Below, one piece after another: positions 1-11,549 of a stretch of DNA of 64,000 nt; position 1 is the stretch's first letter; each line of letters opens with the position of its first letter. The notes under the pieces are model-generated. The model saw only the letters and a list, made by a program, of their open reading frames with translations, did not search any database and had not been told where the DNA came from. Source of the stretch: Mobula hypostoma. Lineage: Eukaryota. The position numbers and the translations under genes are program-made. Location of the stretch: assembly GCF_963921235.1 (NCBI RefSeq), contig NC_086108.1:25110001-25174000 (forward strand). Reading direction: 5' to 3'.

Positions 1-907
1 TTCCAAATGTGCTGTTATCACATTTTTGATAACTGACTCCAGCAGTTTCCCCACCACCGACGTTAGGCTAACCGGTCTATAATTCCCCGGTTTCTCTCTC
101 CCTCCTTTTTTAAAAAATGGGGTTACATTAGCCACCCTCCAATCCTCAGGAACTAGTCCAGAATCTAACGAGTTTTGAAAAATTATCACTAATGCATCCA
201 CTATTTCTTGGGCTACTTCCTTAAGCACTCTGGGATGCAGACCATCTGGCCCTGGGGATTTATCTGCCTTCAATCCCTTCAATTTACCTAACACCACTTC
301 CCTACTAACATGTATTTCGCTCAGTTCCTCCAACTCACTGGACCCTCTGTCCCCTACTATTTCTGGAAGATTATTTATGTCCTCCTTAGTGAAGACAGAA
401 CCAAAGTAATTATTCAATTGGTCTGCCATGTCCTTGCTCCCCATAATCAATTCACCTCTTTCTGTCTGTAGGGGACCTACATTCGTCTTTACCAGTCTTT
501 TCCTTTTTTTAACATATCTATAAAAGCTTTTACAGTCAGTTTTTATGTTCCCTGCCAGTTTTCTCTCATAATCTTCTTTCCCCTTCCTAATTAAGCCCTT
601 TGTCCTCCTCTGCTGAACTCTGAATTTCTCCCAGTCCTCAGGTGAGCCACTTTCTCTGGCTAATTTGTATGCTTCTTCTTTGGAATTGATACTATCTCTA
701 ATTTCCCTTGTCAGCCACGGGTGCACTACCTTCCTTGATTTATTCTTTTGCCAAACTGGGATGAACAATTGTTGTAGTTCATCCATGCAATCTTTAAATG
801 CTTGCCATTGCATATCCACCGTCAATCCTTTAAGTGTCATTTGCCAGTCTATCTTAGCTAATTCACGTCTCATACCTTCAAAGTTACCCCTCTTTAAGTT
901 CAGAACC
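1..907 (-). mobile_element. CR1 LINE ORF2 fragment (EN-RT linker to start of RT), runs off the window start
   Basis: Reverse complement matches ~55306-56210 of the full-length CR1; antisense ORF 665-910 mirrors 54772-55548. Confidence 0.9.
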
Positions 908-1399
908 TGACAATACCTGTTACAAATGAGGTCCAAAGCTCTAGTAATGGGAATCCAAATACCAAAATATCCAGAATTTATCTGATTTGATGACTCCACT
1001 CTGAAATCTATTAAAATCTCAAAGAAAAAACTGACATCATTTGCTTTTCCATTTGAGTGACAGTTAATTATTTCTTTATTGAATTAGAAGTTAGCTTTAC
1101 AAGCTTCATGGCAATATCTACCTATCTCGCAGAGTAATGATAAAACACAAAAAGCACTGAGTCAAAAAGGCAGTAACTGACCAATTCCTGCTTTGGCCCC
1201 TTTCCTGTTTAGTGAGATTTCTCCTAATTTGTAATCCAACTCCACATTACAACGTTTTTCATAGAGCTTTCCTTCTTAAATATCTGTCAGCTTCAGGTTC
1301 AAGATTAACCCCTAACTGATATCAACTGAGGCACCTAAAGACATGGAGAAAATGAGGGGGAATCTGGAAAAAAAGTTCAGTGTAAATGTACAGCACCAT

Positions 1400-1660
1400 C
1401 CACTGAACATGTGAATGAGGTAACAATTTTCACTCAGAGGCTTGTAGGTCTTTGAAGCTCTTCCCCAAAGGATGATGGACGAAGTACCTTTGAATATTCT
1501 TAAATCAAAATTAGATAGATTCTCATTAAGCATGGAGAGGTGATAGGTAACCTGTGATTAAAAAAAAAGGATGCAGAGTTGTGTCTACAGTCAGATCAGT
1601 CAAGATCTTATTGATTGAAAGAGTAGGCTTAAAGGGAAGAGTGAGCAACCTGCTTTTCAC
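1400..1660 (+). mobile_element. Old CR1 3' end remnant
   Basis: Degenerate TTCACTCAGAGG...TTAGATAGATT...TCAGTCAAGATCTTATTGA, resembling the CR1 C-terminus and 3'UTR. Confidence 0.55.
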
Positions 1661-1954
1661 TCATATGCACCTGCTATTTGTGTTAAAGAATTTGAAACAC
1701 CCTTAACCCTGTACGTACAAGCATCTCTTAATTTCACTTCTAACTCTGAAATTATGATTCTTACCCTAAGACATCCAAATAGTAGAAATATTGGAAATTA
1801 AATTAGTAAACAAGCATTAGGCTGGAAACCTAAAATAAAAACATGAAAGACTAGAATGAAGTTCTGACAAAGCGTCTTCTACCTGCAACAGGAACACCGT
1901 CATTCCCTTTGATGTTCTCTGACTGCTAAGTATTTCTAGTATTATGGATAAATA

Positions 1955-2260
1955 TATACAAAAGATTCTGCAGGTGCTGGAAATGAAGCCCAACATATAC
2001 AAAATGCTGGAGGAACTCAGCACATCAGGCAGCATCTATGAAAATGAATAATCAGTCTCAACATTTTGGGCTGAGATCCTTCATCAGGACTGGAAAGGAA
2101 GGAGGAGAAAACCAGAATAAGAAGGTGAGAGCTTCCCCACCCCCCCCCCTCCAATTCCTTTCCAGTCCTGGTGAAGGGTCTTGGCCCAAAATGTTGACTG
2201 TTTATTAATTGCCATTGATGTTCCCTGACCTAGTGAGTTCCTTCAGTATTTTCTGTGTAT
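1955..2260. mobile_element. Penelope-type non-autonomous repeat, two inverted arms each with a hammerhead-like motif
   Basis: Left arm GCTGGAGGAACTCAGC...CCTTCATCAGGACTG and right arm CAGTCCTGGTGAAGGG...GAGTTCCTTCAGTATTTT are approximate reverse complements. Confidence 0.7.
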
Positions 2261-2594
2261 TTCTAGTAATTCCTGTTTTTATTACAGCAGAAAATATTTC
2301 TCCCTATATAACCTTCCCTAATATCTTGAAACAATTGCTCAAGTCATCCAATAACTTTCTAACCTCTGGAAAAAAACAATGTAGTTTTTCTTTACAATGT
2401 AAGCCGTGGTCTAGTCATTTTTCTGGAAAATATTAAGGGCACATTTTACAACAGTAATATATCCTTACCATAGCTCAGTCTCAAACTGCTTGCCATTGCA
2501 ACACAAGGTGTGTTGCCATCATACTAACAACTACTACAGCCTGTATTCCTTTCGACTGATTTCTGAATCTGCCTATGATATCTTAACTTACAGT

Positions 2595-3421
2595 TAAGAT
2601 GGTGCTACATAACGTGCGCAACAGCTTCCTGTAGTCAAAAAGCTAAGAAATATGACTAAAAATATTACTAGAAATACCTTTTCTGAGGACAAACAGTGAA
2701 GGGAAGAGCAATGGTGAGGCAAGTTTGGGGGATGAATTGATGCAGATGCTCGTACAACTGGCTTGGGTGCGAGATTGGATCAGTGGGTGCCAAGTTGACT
2801 TGAAAACCTTGAGAGTGGCTTTGGGCTGGGTGACAAAATCTGGGCCTGGAGCGAGTTGCCGGGCAGCATGGGCTAGGCCCAAGGCTTTTCACAACAGTGG
2901 TGCCTGGGTCCTAGTGCGAGGAGCAATGCACTGTTTCGACAGTTTAAATACCAGGCCAGATCAGAGGCAAGTGCTGATTTCATTCGCTCTGCATGATGTT
3001 CACTCCTCTCTCTAGGGTGCTGGTGCCTTTCACTGTTCTGTCTCGGGTCAACTTAAACGCCAGCCCAGATAGACTGAATAGACGGTGTCAGTCGGGACGA
3101 GAACTGATTTCCCTCGTTCTCCGCAACATTCATCTCTGTGGTGCTGAGGCCACGAAGACTGCTCTGGCTGCCATGCACTAAGCCCGCTGATAGGATGAAC
3201 TGATATGTATGGCTTTGGGCCAACTCCAGCTGCTCCAGGGTTTAAACCTGAGGACTCAGTTTTGGTTCAGAATGCTGTTGTTCACTTCAATTGTTTGCAT
3301 GACATTTTTTTTTCTTTCTCTTGCACATGAGTTTTGCTCTTATATTTTTATTTTTATTCTTTCTTTTTTTTAAATTTGGTTTCTTTTGGGGTTCTTGCTT
3401 TGTGGCTACCTGTGAGCAGGG
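2595..3421 (+). mobile_element. Non-autonomous LINE-derived element, interrupted by a Gypsy LTR
   Basis: Starts AAGATGG. T-rich 3' part (TTTGTGGCTACCTGTGAG) resembles 26960-27000. Its terminal part appears inverted at ~7200-7268. Confidence 0.55.
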
Positions 3422-3713
3422 TGTTTGGACACGCACTCATTTGTACCAGCTGCCAAGGTTTAGATACCCTAACTCCCCAGGTTATGGATAGCTGGTGTAG
3501 CACCTTCAAGAATTCAGGACAGTCCCGCTAATTGGCAATAATGTTTTGGAAGCACATGAATTGAGGTTCAGTACTCAATCGTAAGCCTACTCGTGATTTT
3601 GTCTAGTGTTTGTTTTGTGCTCAGATTTTCAATACAGTTTGATCCCGTGTCTCGATCCTAGCCTCGGATAGTCCAGCATTTGTGTCCAAGCCATCCTTGT
3701 CAAGGTCGTCACA
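3422..3713 (+). repeat. 5' LTR of chromovirus (Sushi-like) Gypsy element
   Basis: TGT...ACA termini; similar to reverse complement of 7269-7578; followed by a short leader and gag start ATG GAC CCA GCG (MDPA) at 3730. Confidence 0.8.
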
Positions 3714-3729
3714 GCATGATTCAGCCAGT

Positions 3730-6573
3730 ATGGACCCAGCGGGGAATCAGAGTATCTTGTCCACTGTGACCAGTCACAGCTAAGATATTTCCCAACAGAA
3801 CCTGGAGATATACAGTCTCCAGATAGCCATTGGTCAATATTTGCATGGAGGAGGCCAGAGGTGCTTCGGAGAACCAGTTGGTCCCACTCCGGAGCCAGTA
3901 CATATTCCAACTCCAGAGAGAATCGACAGTGACCCGGGTTCTTGCTGTGGCTTCCTCATCCAGTGCTCAATAGTGTTTGAGCTCCAGCTATCCTGGATCG
4001 TGGAAGATAGCCTTCAATATCCCTCCGGACCAGGAGAGCCCTGACGCGGGTCACCACGCATTGGGAACGCAGATCGGAGATTTGCTCAGACTCGGAGAAA
4101 TTCATGGCTGTCATGAGAGGGGTGTTTCATCACCCCGCCGGAACTGGCTGAGCCTCATTCTGCCTGATGAAGGTTCGACAGAGGGGATGGTTAGCAGCTG
4201 ACTGCGTGTTTGAATTTTGGACCTTGGCCCAGGACAGTGGTTGGAATGGAGAGGCCTTGGCCACACTATACTGCCATGGACTTCAAGATAAACTGAAGGA
4301 TGCCCTCTCTTGGGAGAGCCAGCAGAGAATTTAAAGGTTCTCATCGACCAGTCTATCGGTCTCAATAGTTGTCTGGCAGAGCGTAAGTGGGACTACATCA
4401 TGTGGTTGAGAAGGGATGGCATGAGCCCGGACTCAGTGCATCGTTGTTCCACCCCCAGCACGCCCCCAAACTTGGACCATGACCAGTCCGTTGCCTGCTC
4501 AAGATTCAGTTGAACCTGTGCAGATCGGTAGCACACTAGAATCTCCGCGCATGAGAGGTCCCGGTGCCAGATTCAAGGTTGTTGCTTTCACTGGGCCGAA
4601 TACCTGAAGCTGCAGCCACCTGGGGGACCTGCTAAGACCATCCAGTGTCGGGTGGACTGTGATGGTAGCAGCCACTACGCTCAGCTCCACGGATTCTGGT
4701 TTCATGCTGAAGGCTGAGATTACATGGGATAAGAACCTGAGGCAGGTGATGGTTTTTGTGGATTCTGGGGCAGCGGGTAATTTTCTGGATAGAGGAACTG
4801 CCTGTCAGTTTGACATATCTGCCGCAAGAGTTGAGTCAGTCCTTTATCACAACTGTCTTGGACAGCCGCCCACTGGATTCCGGGCAGATCCAGTAACTGA
4901 CTGTGGTGTTGCAGGTGAGGATAGGGGATCATGTGGAAAGCATTGTTTCTACATTACTGTCTCTCTGCTCATATCCATGATCCTCAGACACCCTTGACTG
5001 TCCCAGCATAACCCATCCATGGACTGGAGGGAGGGGAGAATCATTGCTTGGTCCTGTCATTGTAAGAGGGTTTGTTTCTGGTTTGGTGTTCTGACCCCGA
5101 GACTCTCCTGAGACCAGCAGCCAATGAAGGGACAGACCGGCTCAGGGTGACCTGGAGCCTTCAGGAAACCCTGTCCTACCAAAAGGCCTGTATGAGTCCC
5201 GACCCAGTCCAGTCAGGGGTGCACTGGAATAAGATCTCTAGCTAACCAAGGAGGTCCCCATGCAGTATGGAAATCTAGCAGCTAAGCCAACTTGCCGGGT
5301 CCTGTCTGAGGGGAAGGCTCTAAGATGAAGATCCTTGGAATTTAATCCCAGGAGCAGAAGGACCATTTGTTGCGCCTCATGTCCAGTGTCTGAGGAGATG
5401 GACGAGGATTTGGACTGTGATTTGCCTTCTGTTCTCACTACTCTCACTACTAAAGACCTCTCACTACTAAAGACTCTTGTGGACCTATGGGGGAGTCTCT
5501 GGAGTCTGCTGAAGCACCCCCACTGCTGACAGAGTCTCTGGTCATGCTTGGAGGAAGGTTCAAGGATAATTGCAGCATACGTGTCAGTAGAAATCCCTTC
5601 CATTTACGAAGATTTGGAAAAGGTCTTGGAAGTAAGGGAAATGCCTTGACTCTTCCACTGTTCTGACCCTATGACTGTGCAATAGGTCTACTGCCAGGTA
5701 CGTGTCCTCCATAGGGTTGATTATACACCCTCTCAGGCCCGGAGAGAAGCACTATGGAGGAGTATATTAAGGAGACTCTTGCCTTGGGATTCATATGGCC
5801 CTCCACCTCTAAAGCCAGCGCTGGCTTCTTCTTCGTACAGTAGAAGGATGGGAGAGTGTAGCCTTGCATTCGTTATAGAGGGCTGAATCTCATAATGGTC
5901 AAGAATTGTTACCCTCTTCTACTCATGAACACTGCTTTGAGATTCTCCAAGAGGCAAGAGTACTTTTGAAGCTAGACTTGCAGAGTCAATACAAGTGGAT
6001 TCGCATAACGGAGGGTGACGAGTGGAAGATGGCATTCAACGCACAACAGGGCACTATGATTATCTGATCATACTCTTCGGCCTTGTAAATGTGCCATCAG
6101 TCTTTCAAGCCTTTATGAATAGCATGTTCGGGATGCTCTCCGTAAGTACATCTTCATCCACTTGGATGACATCTTAACTTTCTCAAAGTTCATGGAGAGA
6201 TGTCCTAAAGAGGCTTTTTGATCATGGACTTTACATCAAGCTGGAGAAGTCTGAATTTCACATAACCATTACAGTACTTCTTTTTTGGGCTTCTTTATCT
6301 CTAATGGCAATCTCAAGATGGACCCTAGTAAGACACAGGCTGTCGGAGGTTGGCCATAACCATCCAGTATGAAGCAAGTCCAATAACTCCTGGGATTTGC
6401 CAGATTTTATTGGAAGTTTATCAGAAATTTCAGCTTAGTGGCAATTCTGCTGACAGCAGTAACCAAGAGATTCACAGGCCCTTTTGTTTGGACTACCGAG
6501 GTGGAAGCTGATTTTACATAACAGAGCTCTGATGGCCAGTTCACGACAACCCCCATTTTGGTTGCACCTAACT
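3730..6573 (+). pseudogene. Decayed Gypsy gag-protease-RT (5' half of element)
   Basis: Gag MDPA start; aspartic protease FVDSGAAGNF in ORF 4659-4997; RT motifs (GDEWK, HLDDIL near 6160); many stops and frameshifts. Confidence 0.85.
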
Positions 6574-6839
6574 TGGCACCGGACATAAAACATCATTATA
6601 CAATTCACCTATTCATGCTGACAAGCCATCTGAACTGCTAGTCAATCTTAATCCAACAAGCTTCCCTTTAGACTGAAAGTTGTACACCTTACTTAGCTAT
6701 TTCAGAAAGAGAAGAGGAGAAAAGCAGTTAATTCTGGGCCCACAATCTCAGCATCTTAGTTGGAAAATTACAATAGCTTACAGTTAAGGACAAAGTAACT
6801 GAACAGCATGAAATGGTAGGGTAATGATAGAGGAACTGA

Positions 6840-7150
6840 CATGAATCCAATTTTTGAAGATGTGACCTAAGCAATGGATAATTCATAAGTAGTTTCCCAG
6901 ATGTCATTTGCCTAGATCCCTCAGAAGGGATCATCAAAATACCCATGGAAATTAAGGCAATTTGTTCATCTGGCCATGAAAATTGGTTGAGAGTTGGAAG
7001 ATAAAAAATTGACATAATGACCAGGTACTGAAATTAGAAGAGAGAGGCTGGTGATGTCCTAGCATGATCTGTGTTGGGGTCACAACTATTTAACATATGT
7101 TTAATGGATCACATGAAGGAAGAGAACATCACTTATTCAGTCATAGACAA
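6840..7150 (+). mobile_element. Old CR1 RT fragment
   Basis: Degenerate AATTGGTTGA...GATCTGTGTTGGGGTCACAACTATTT, resembling the QGSVLGPQLF region. Confidence 0.5.
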
Positions 7151-7268
7151 CAGTAAGAGATATGATGCAGGGATCCATTCCCATAATTTGTTGAAATCTT
7201 CAAGATTCAAGTACAAACATATTTCAAGTATATTTATTATCAAAGAATGTATCAATTATACAAATGTG

Positions 7269-7578
7269 TGTGATGAGAATCTTTGAGGAGAATGGCTTGG
7301 ACCCAAATACTGGAGATTCCATGGCTAGGATTGAAACACGGTTTCAAACTGGAGTGAGAATCTGAACATAAATCAAACACTAGACAAAATCACGAGTAGG
7401 TTAATGATTGAGCACTGAACCTCAGTTCAGGTGCTCCTTAAATGCTCAATCCCTGGCACCCAAGACACTTAATGGGACTGACCTGAATATTTAAAGGAGC
7501 CATGCCAGTTATGCATACTCCAGGGAGTTAGAGAGTCTAAACCTCAGCAGCTGGTGCAGAGCGGTGCGTGTCATAACA
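7269..7578 (-). repeat. 3' LTR of chromovirus Gypsy (inverted orientation)
   Basis: Minus strand TGTTAT...TCACA, preceded by purine tract GGAGAGAGGG (7582-7591); homologous to 3422-3713. Confidence 0.8.
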
Positions 7579-9672
7579 GAACCCTCTCTCCTGTGACCGA
7601 CTCCTGATGGCTCTGGCTGCTTGGAGAGACAATGATTGTAGTCAACATGAGAGCCAGATCCAAGATGTCTCTTTCAGGCACTCAGCATCTATTCTCTGAC
7701 TCCAATCCTTCCTGGTCAATGAGGTATTGCTGAACACCTCAAACAGTATGCGAGTCCAAAATTCTTCACACGGTGAAAACCTGTTCCCCATCAACAAATC
7801 TAGGTGGTGGCCAGGTTGATGATGGTGGGGCTAATGGGTTGGTGTTCACAGCCTTTAACTTGGAAATGTGGGAAGTGGGATTGATCTTTAGGATTTTGGG
7901 GAGCTGCACAGTATAAGCCACCAGGTTTACTTTCCTGAGAATCCTGAAGGTCCAAAGAATTTGGGCGCCAATTTCCTGGACTCCCCTTGGAGAGGCAAAT
8001 CATGAGTCAACAGCCAGACCTGTTGCCCAGGCTGCAAAACTGGTCCCTTTCTCCTCTTGCAGTTAGCGTTTTTTTTCAACCTTCTGGATAGAAGTTAACA
8101 AAAACTCCCTTGCCCTAGTCCATTTCTCCTTGCGGCATCAGACAAGATCTTCAGTTGCATGAACTCTGAACTGCTGCTCAGGGAAGAGTGGTGGGGAATG
8201 CCCAAATTGGAATTCGAAAGGAGACACCCCATGTGCTGAATGCCATAAAGTGTTGTGGGTGACTTCTGCCCACATCAAGTAGTTGCTCCAATTGTTCTGT
8301 CTTTCAAAGGCCAGGTATCTTAGGGAACATTCCATATCTTAGTTCACCCGCTCTGTCTGACCACTGGACTGTGGGTGAAACCCAAAGGAAAGGCTCAGTG
8401 TTGCCACAATCAGTTTGCAAAATGCCTTTCAGAAAAGTAATGCAAATTGCAGACCATGATCAGACACAATGTCTACCAGAAAACCATGGATCCTGAAGAC
8501 CTGCTGCAGGACAATCTCAACCATGTCTGCCACAGATGGAACTCTGTCCAAAGCAAGGAATTTGCAGGTCTTCGAAAAACGATTCACAATTATCATGATA
8601 ACAGTCTTCTCCTTGGAAGGAGGAAGACCCGTGACAAAGTCCATGGAGATGTGCACCCATGGTCTGCCTGGAACAGGGAGGGGGTGAAGGAGTCCTTGAG
8701 GTTGTGTGCAGGGCTCTTTGTTCGGGGCGCACATCTCAAATGCCTGCAGATATTGATGGATTGCCATTCCAGACCACCAATATCATCTCTTAATGATCTC
8801 AAGGGTCTTGGCAATCCCTAAGTGAGATGTCAATCTTGGTGCAAGTCCCCTGAAGAACCTGAGACTGGATGAACAGCCAACCCAGAGGACTGTTCCAAGG
8901 AATCTCACTTTGCAAACAAGTGTGTCATTTCCCCAAATAAATTGGCATAATTACCTCGGGGCAAAATAGTGGTAGTCTGCTTTTCCTGCTTGGATTCGTC
9001 GAACTGACGGGACAAGGCACCTGGTTTCTGATCCTCAGGTCCTAGTCAAGAGGTCAGGATGAAATTAATGGCAGCTGTCGTGAACTGGTCTTTGACAGCT
9101 CAGCTCTGCAAAAGCAGCTTCTGCCTCAGTGGTCCAAACAAAGGGACTGTGGTTGCTGCCGTCAGTAGAGCTGCCACTAAGCTGAAGTTGCTGATAAACT
9201 TTCAATAAAAGTTGGCAAATCCCAGGAATCATTGGACTTGTTTCACACTGGATGGTTATGGCCAATCTCTGACAGCCTGTGTCTTACTAAGGTCCATCTC
9301 GAGATTGACATTAGAGATAAAGAAGCCCAAAAAACAAATAATGGTTATGTGAAATTCAGACTTCTCCAGCTTGATGTAAAGTCCATGATCAAGAAGCCTC
9401 TTTAGGACATCTCTAGTGAGCAACATGTTTCTCCATGAACTTAGAGAAAATTAAGATGTCATCCAAGTAGATGAAGGTGTACTTATAGAGAACATCCCGG
9501 AGCATGTCATTTATGAAAGCCTGGAAAACTGAGGGCACATTCTCAAGGCTGAATGGCATGACCAGATAATCATAGTGCCCTGTTGGTGTGTTGAATGCCG
9601 TCTTCCACTCATCAACCTCCTTCTTGCAAATCCATTGTATTGAGTCTGCAAGTCCAGCTTTGAAAATACTCT

Positions 9673-9842
9673 CAAGCAACACACATCAAAGTTGCTGGTG
9701 AACGCAGCAGGCCAGTTAGCATCTCTAGGAAGAGGTACAGTCGACGTTTCAGGCCGAGACCCTTCGTCAGGGCTAATCCTTCTTTCAGTTTGATGTGTGT
9801 TGCTTGAATTTCCAGCATCTGCAGACTTCCTCGTGTTTGCAT
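9673..9842. mobile_element. Young Penelope-type insertion with hammerhead motif and 14-bp TSD
   Basis: TSD TTTGAAAATACTCT at 9659-9672 and 9843-9856; internal inverted repeat TCAAGCAACACACATCAAA / TTTGATGTGTGTTGCTTGA. Confidence 0.8.
9738..9775 (-). ncRNA. Minimal type I hammerhead ribozyme motif
   Basis: Minus strand reads UAGCC-CUGACGA-A-GGGU CUCG GCCU-GAA-ACGU-C-GACUG: complete core, helix II, palindromic ACGU helix III, helix I with one mismatch. Confidence 0.7.
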
Positions 9843-9879
9843 TTTGAAAATACTCTTGCCCCTTGGAGAATCTCAAAAG

Positions 9880-10067
9880 CAATATTTTGTATTTATAATT
9901 AATTTAGATCACTCTGTAGAGATCTGTTTTCACTTTGACACTATAGAGTCTTTTTACATTGATCAGTGTCATAAAAGCCAAATTAAATCCATTGTGATCC
10001 AATGTTGTAAAACAATAAAATATGAAAACTTCGAAGGGGGAGGGTGAACACATTTTATAGTCACTGT
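9880..10067 (+). mobile_element. Tc1/mariner terminal fragment
   Basis: Ends GGGTGAACACATTTTATAGTCACTG followed by TA, typical of fish Tc1-like ends. Confidence 0.65.
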
Positions 10068-10803
10068 ATATAATATACATATATAACAACAAATTTCACA
10101 ACATATGTCAGTGATATTTAAACCAATTCTGATTCTGAAATGCTACAAAATTTCTATGGCCCATTTTCTGAGCATCTATGTAAAAACACTGCTATATATA
10201 CAAAGTTAGTAATATTTTCCCCTTTAATTATAAATCATCAATTCCTCACAAAGAACAAAAACATTTATCTCTCTTCATATAAAATGCAGGCATTACATAT
10301 CATGTAGCTATATCGTTCCCTCACAATCCATCTTCTTCTGTTACCCAATCTTCATTTTTTCCTCACAAGATATCACCCATTCCCTTTGTCAGTTTTTGAC
10401 TGCAAAACATAAGCATTCTTGTATTCTCAGAGCTACAAACTTATGCAATACATGTGCAGAAGGCACAAGACTATGAATGCATTAGAGATATTGAAAGTGG
10501 ATGGAGGGATATTCGGACAACAACCAAAATGAGTCCAGTTCCAGAACCAATGCAAAATCCTTACACCCTCACCACTGACACCACACCTTCCCACAAAGTT
10601 GGGCAATCTATTTGCCAATCTATCTTCCACCTTTTTTTACCTTCTTTAATGATCAGTTCACTGACCAAGCTAATGATCATCCCCCTGAAATGTGCTTCTT
10701 TGATTCAAAAATTGTTTGTTACACTTTTCTAACTAAAGGTATTTTAGTAGTGCTGTGCATCTCAACAGAGAAGACAATACTGAAATAAGAAGATAACAGC
10801 TAA

Positions 10804-11549
10804 GAAGGCAGATAAATCCCCAGGGCCAGATGGTCTGCATCCTAGAGTGCTTAAGGAAGTAGCCCAAGAAATAGTGGATGCATTAGTGATAATTTTTCAA
10901 AACTCGTTAGATTCTGGACTAGTTCCTGAGGATTGGAGGGTGGCTAATGTAACCCCACTTTTTAAAAAAGGAGGGAGAGAGAAACCGGGGAATTATAGAC
11001 CGGTTAGCCTAACGTTGGTGGTGGGGAAACTGCTGGAGTCAGTTATCAAGGATGTGATAACAGCACATTTGGAAAGCGGTGAAATGATCGAACAAAGTCA
11101 GCATGGATTTGTGAAAGGAAAATCATGTCTGAGGAATCTCATAGAATTTTTTGAGGATGTAACTAGTAGAGTGGATAGGGGAGAACCAGTGGATGTGGTA
11201 GTGGATGTTCAAAAGGCTTTTGACAAGGTCCCACACAGGAGATTAGTGTGCAAACTTAAAGCACACGGTATTGGGGGTAAGGTATTGGTGTGGGTGGAGA
11301 ATTGGTTAGCAGACAGGAAGCAAAGAGTGGGAATAAATGGGACCTTTTCAGAATGGCAGGCGGTGACTAGTGGGGTACCGCAAGGCTCAGTGCTGGGACC
11401 CCAGTTGTTTACAATATATATTAATGACTTGGATGAGGGAATTAAATGCAGCATCTCCAAGTTTACGGATGACACGAAGCTGAGTGGCAGTGTTAGCAGT
11501 GAGGAGGATGCTAAGAGGATGCAGGGTGACTTGTTTCTATGTTTCTATG
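10804..11549 (+). mobile_element. Young CR1 internal RT fragment fused directly to the (TTTCTATG)n tail
   Basis: Near-identical to ~55940-56670; at 11533 jumps to GTTTCTATGTTTCTATG, the tail seen at 57514-57536. Confidence 0.9.

Larger units (their letters stand above)
7579..9880 (-). pseudogene. Decayed Gypsy RT / integrase / chromodomain (3' half of element)
   Basis: RT YLDDIL (ORF 9413-9682); integrase GLLHPLPVPGRPWVHISMDFVTGLP (8429-8767); chromodomain-like FTV*RILDS...QYLID near 7700-7790; RNase H core deleted near 9065. Confidence 0.85.
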
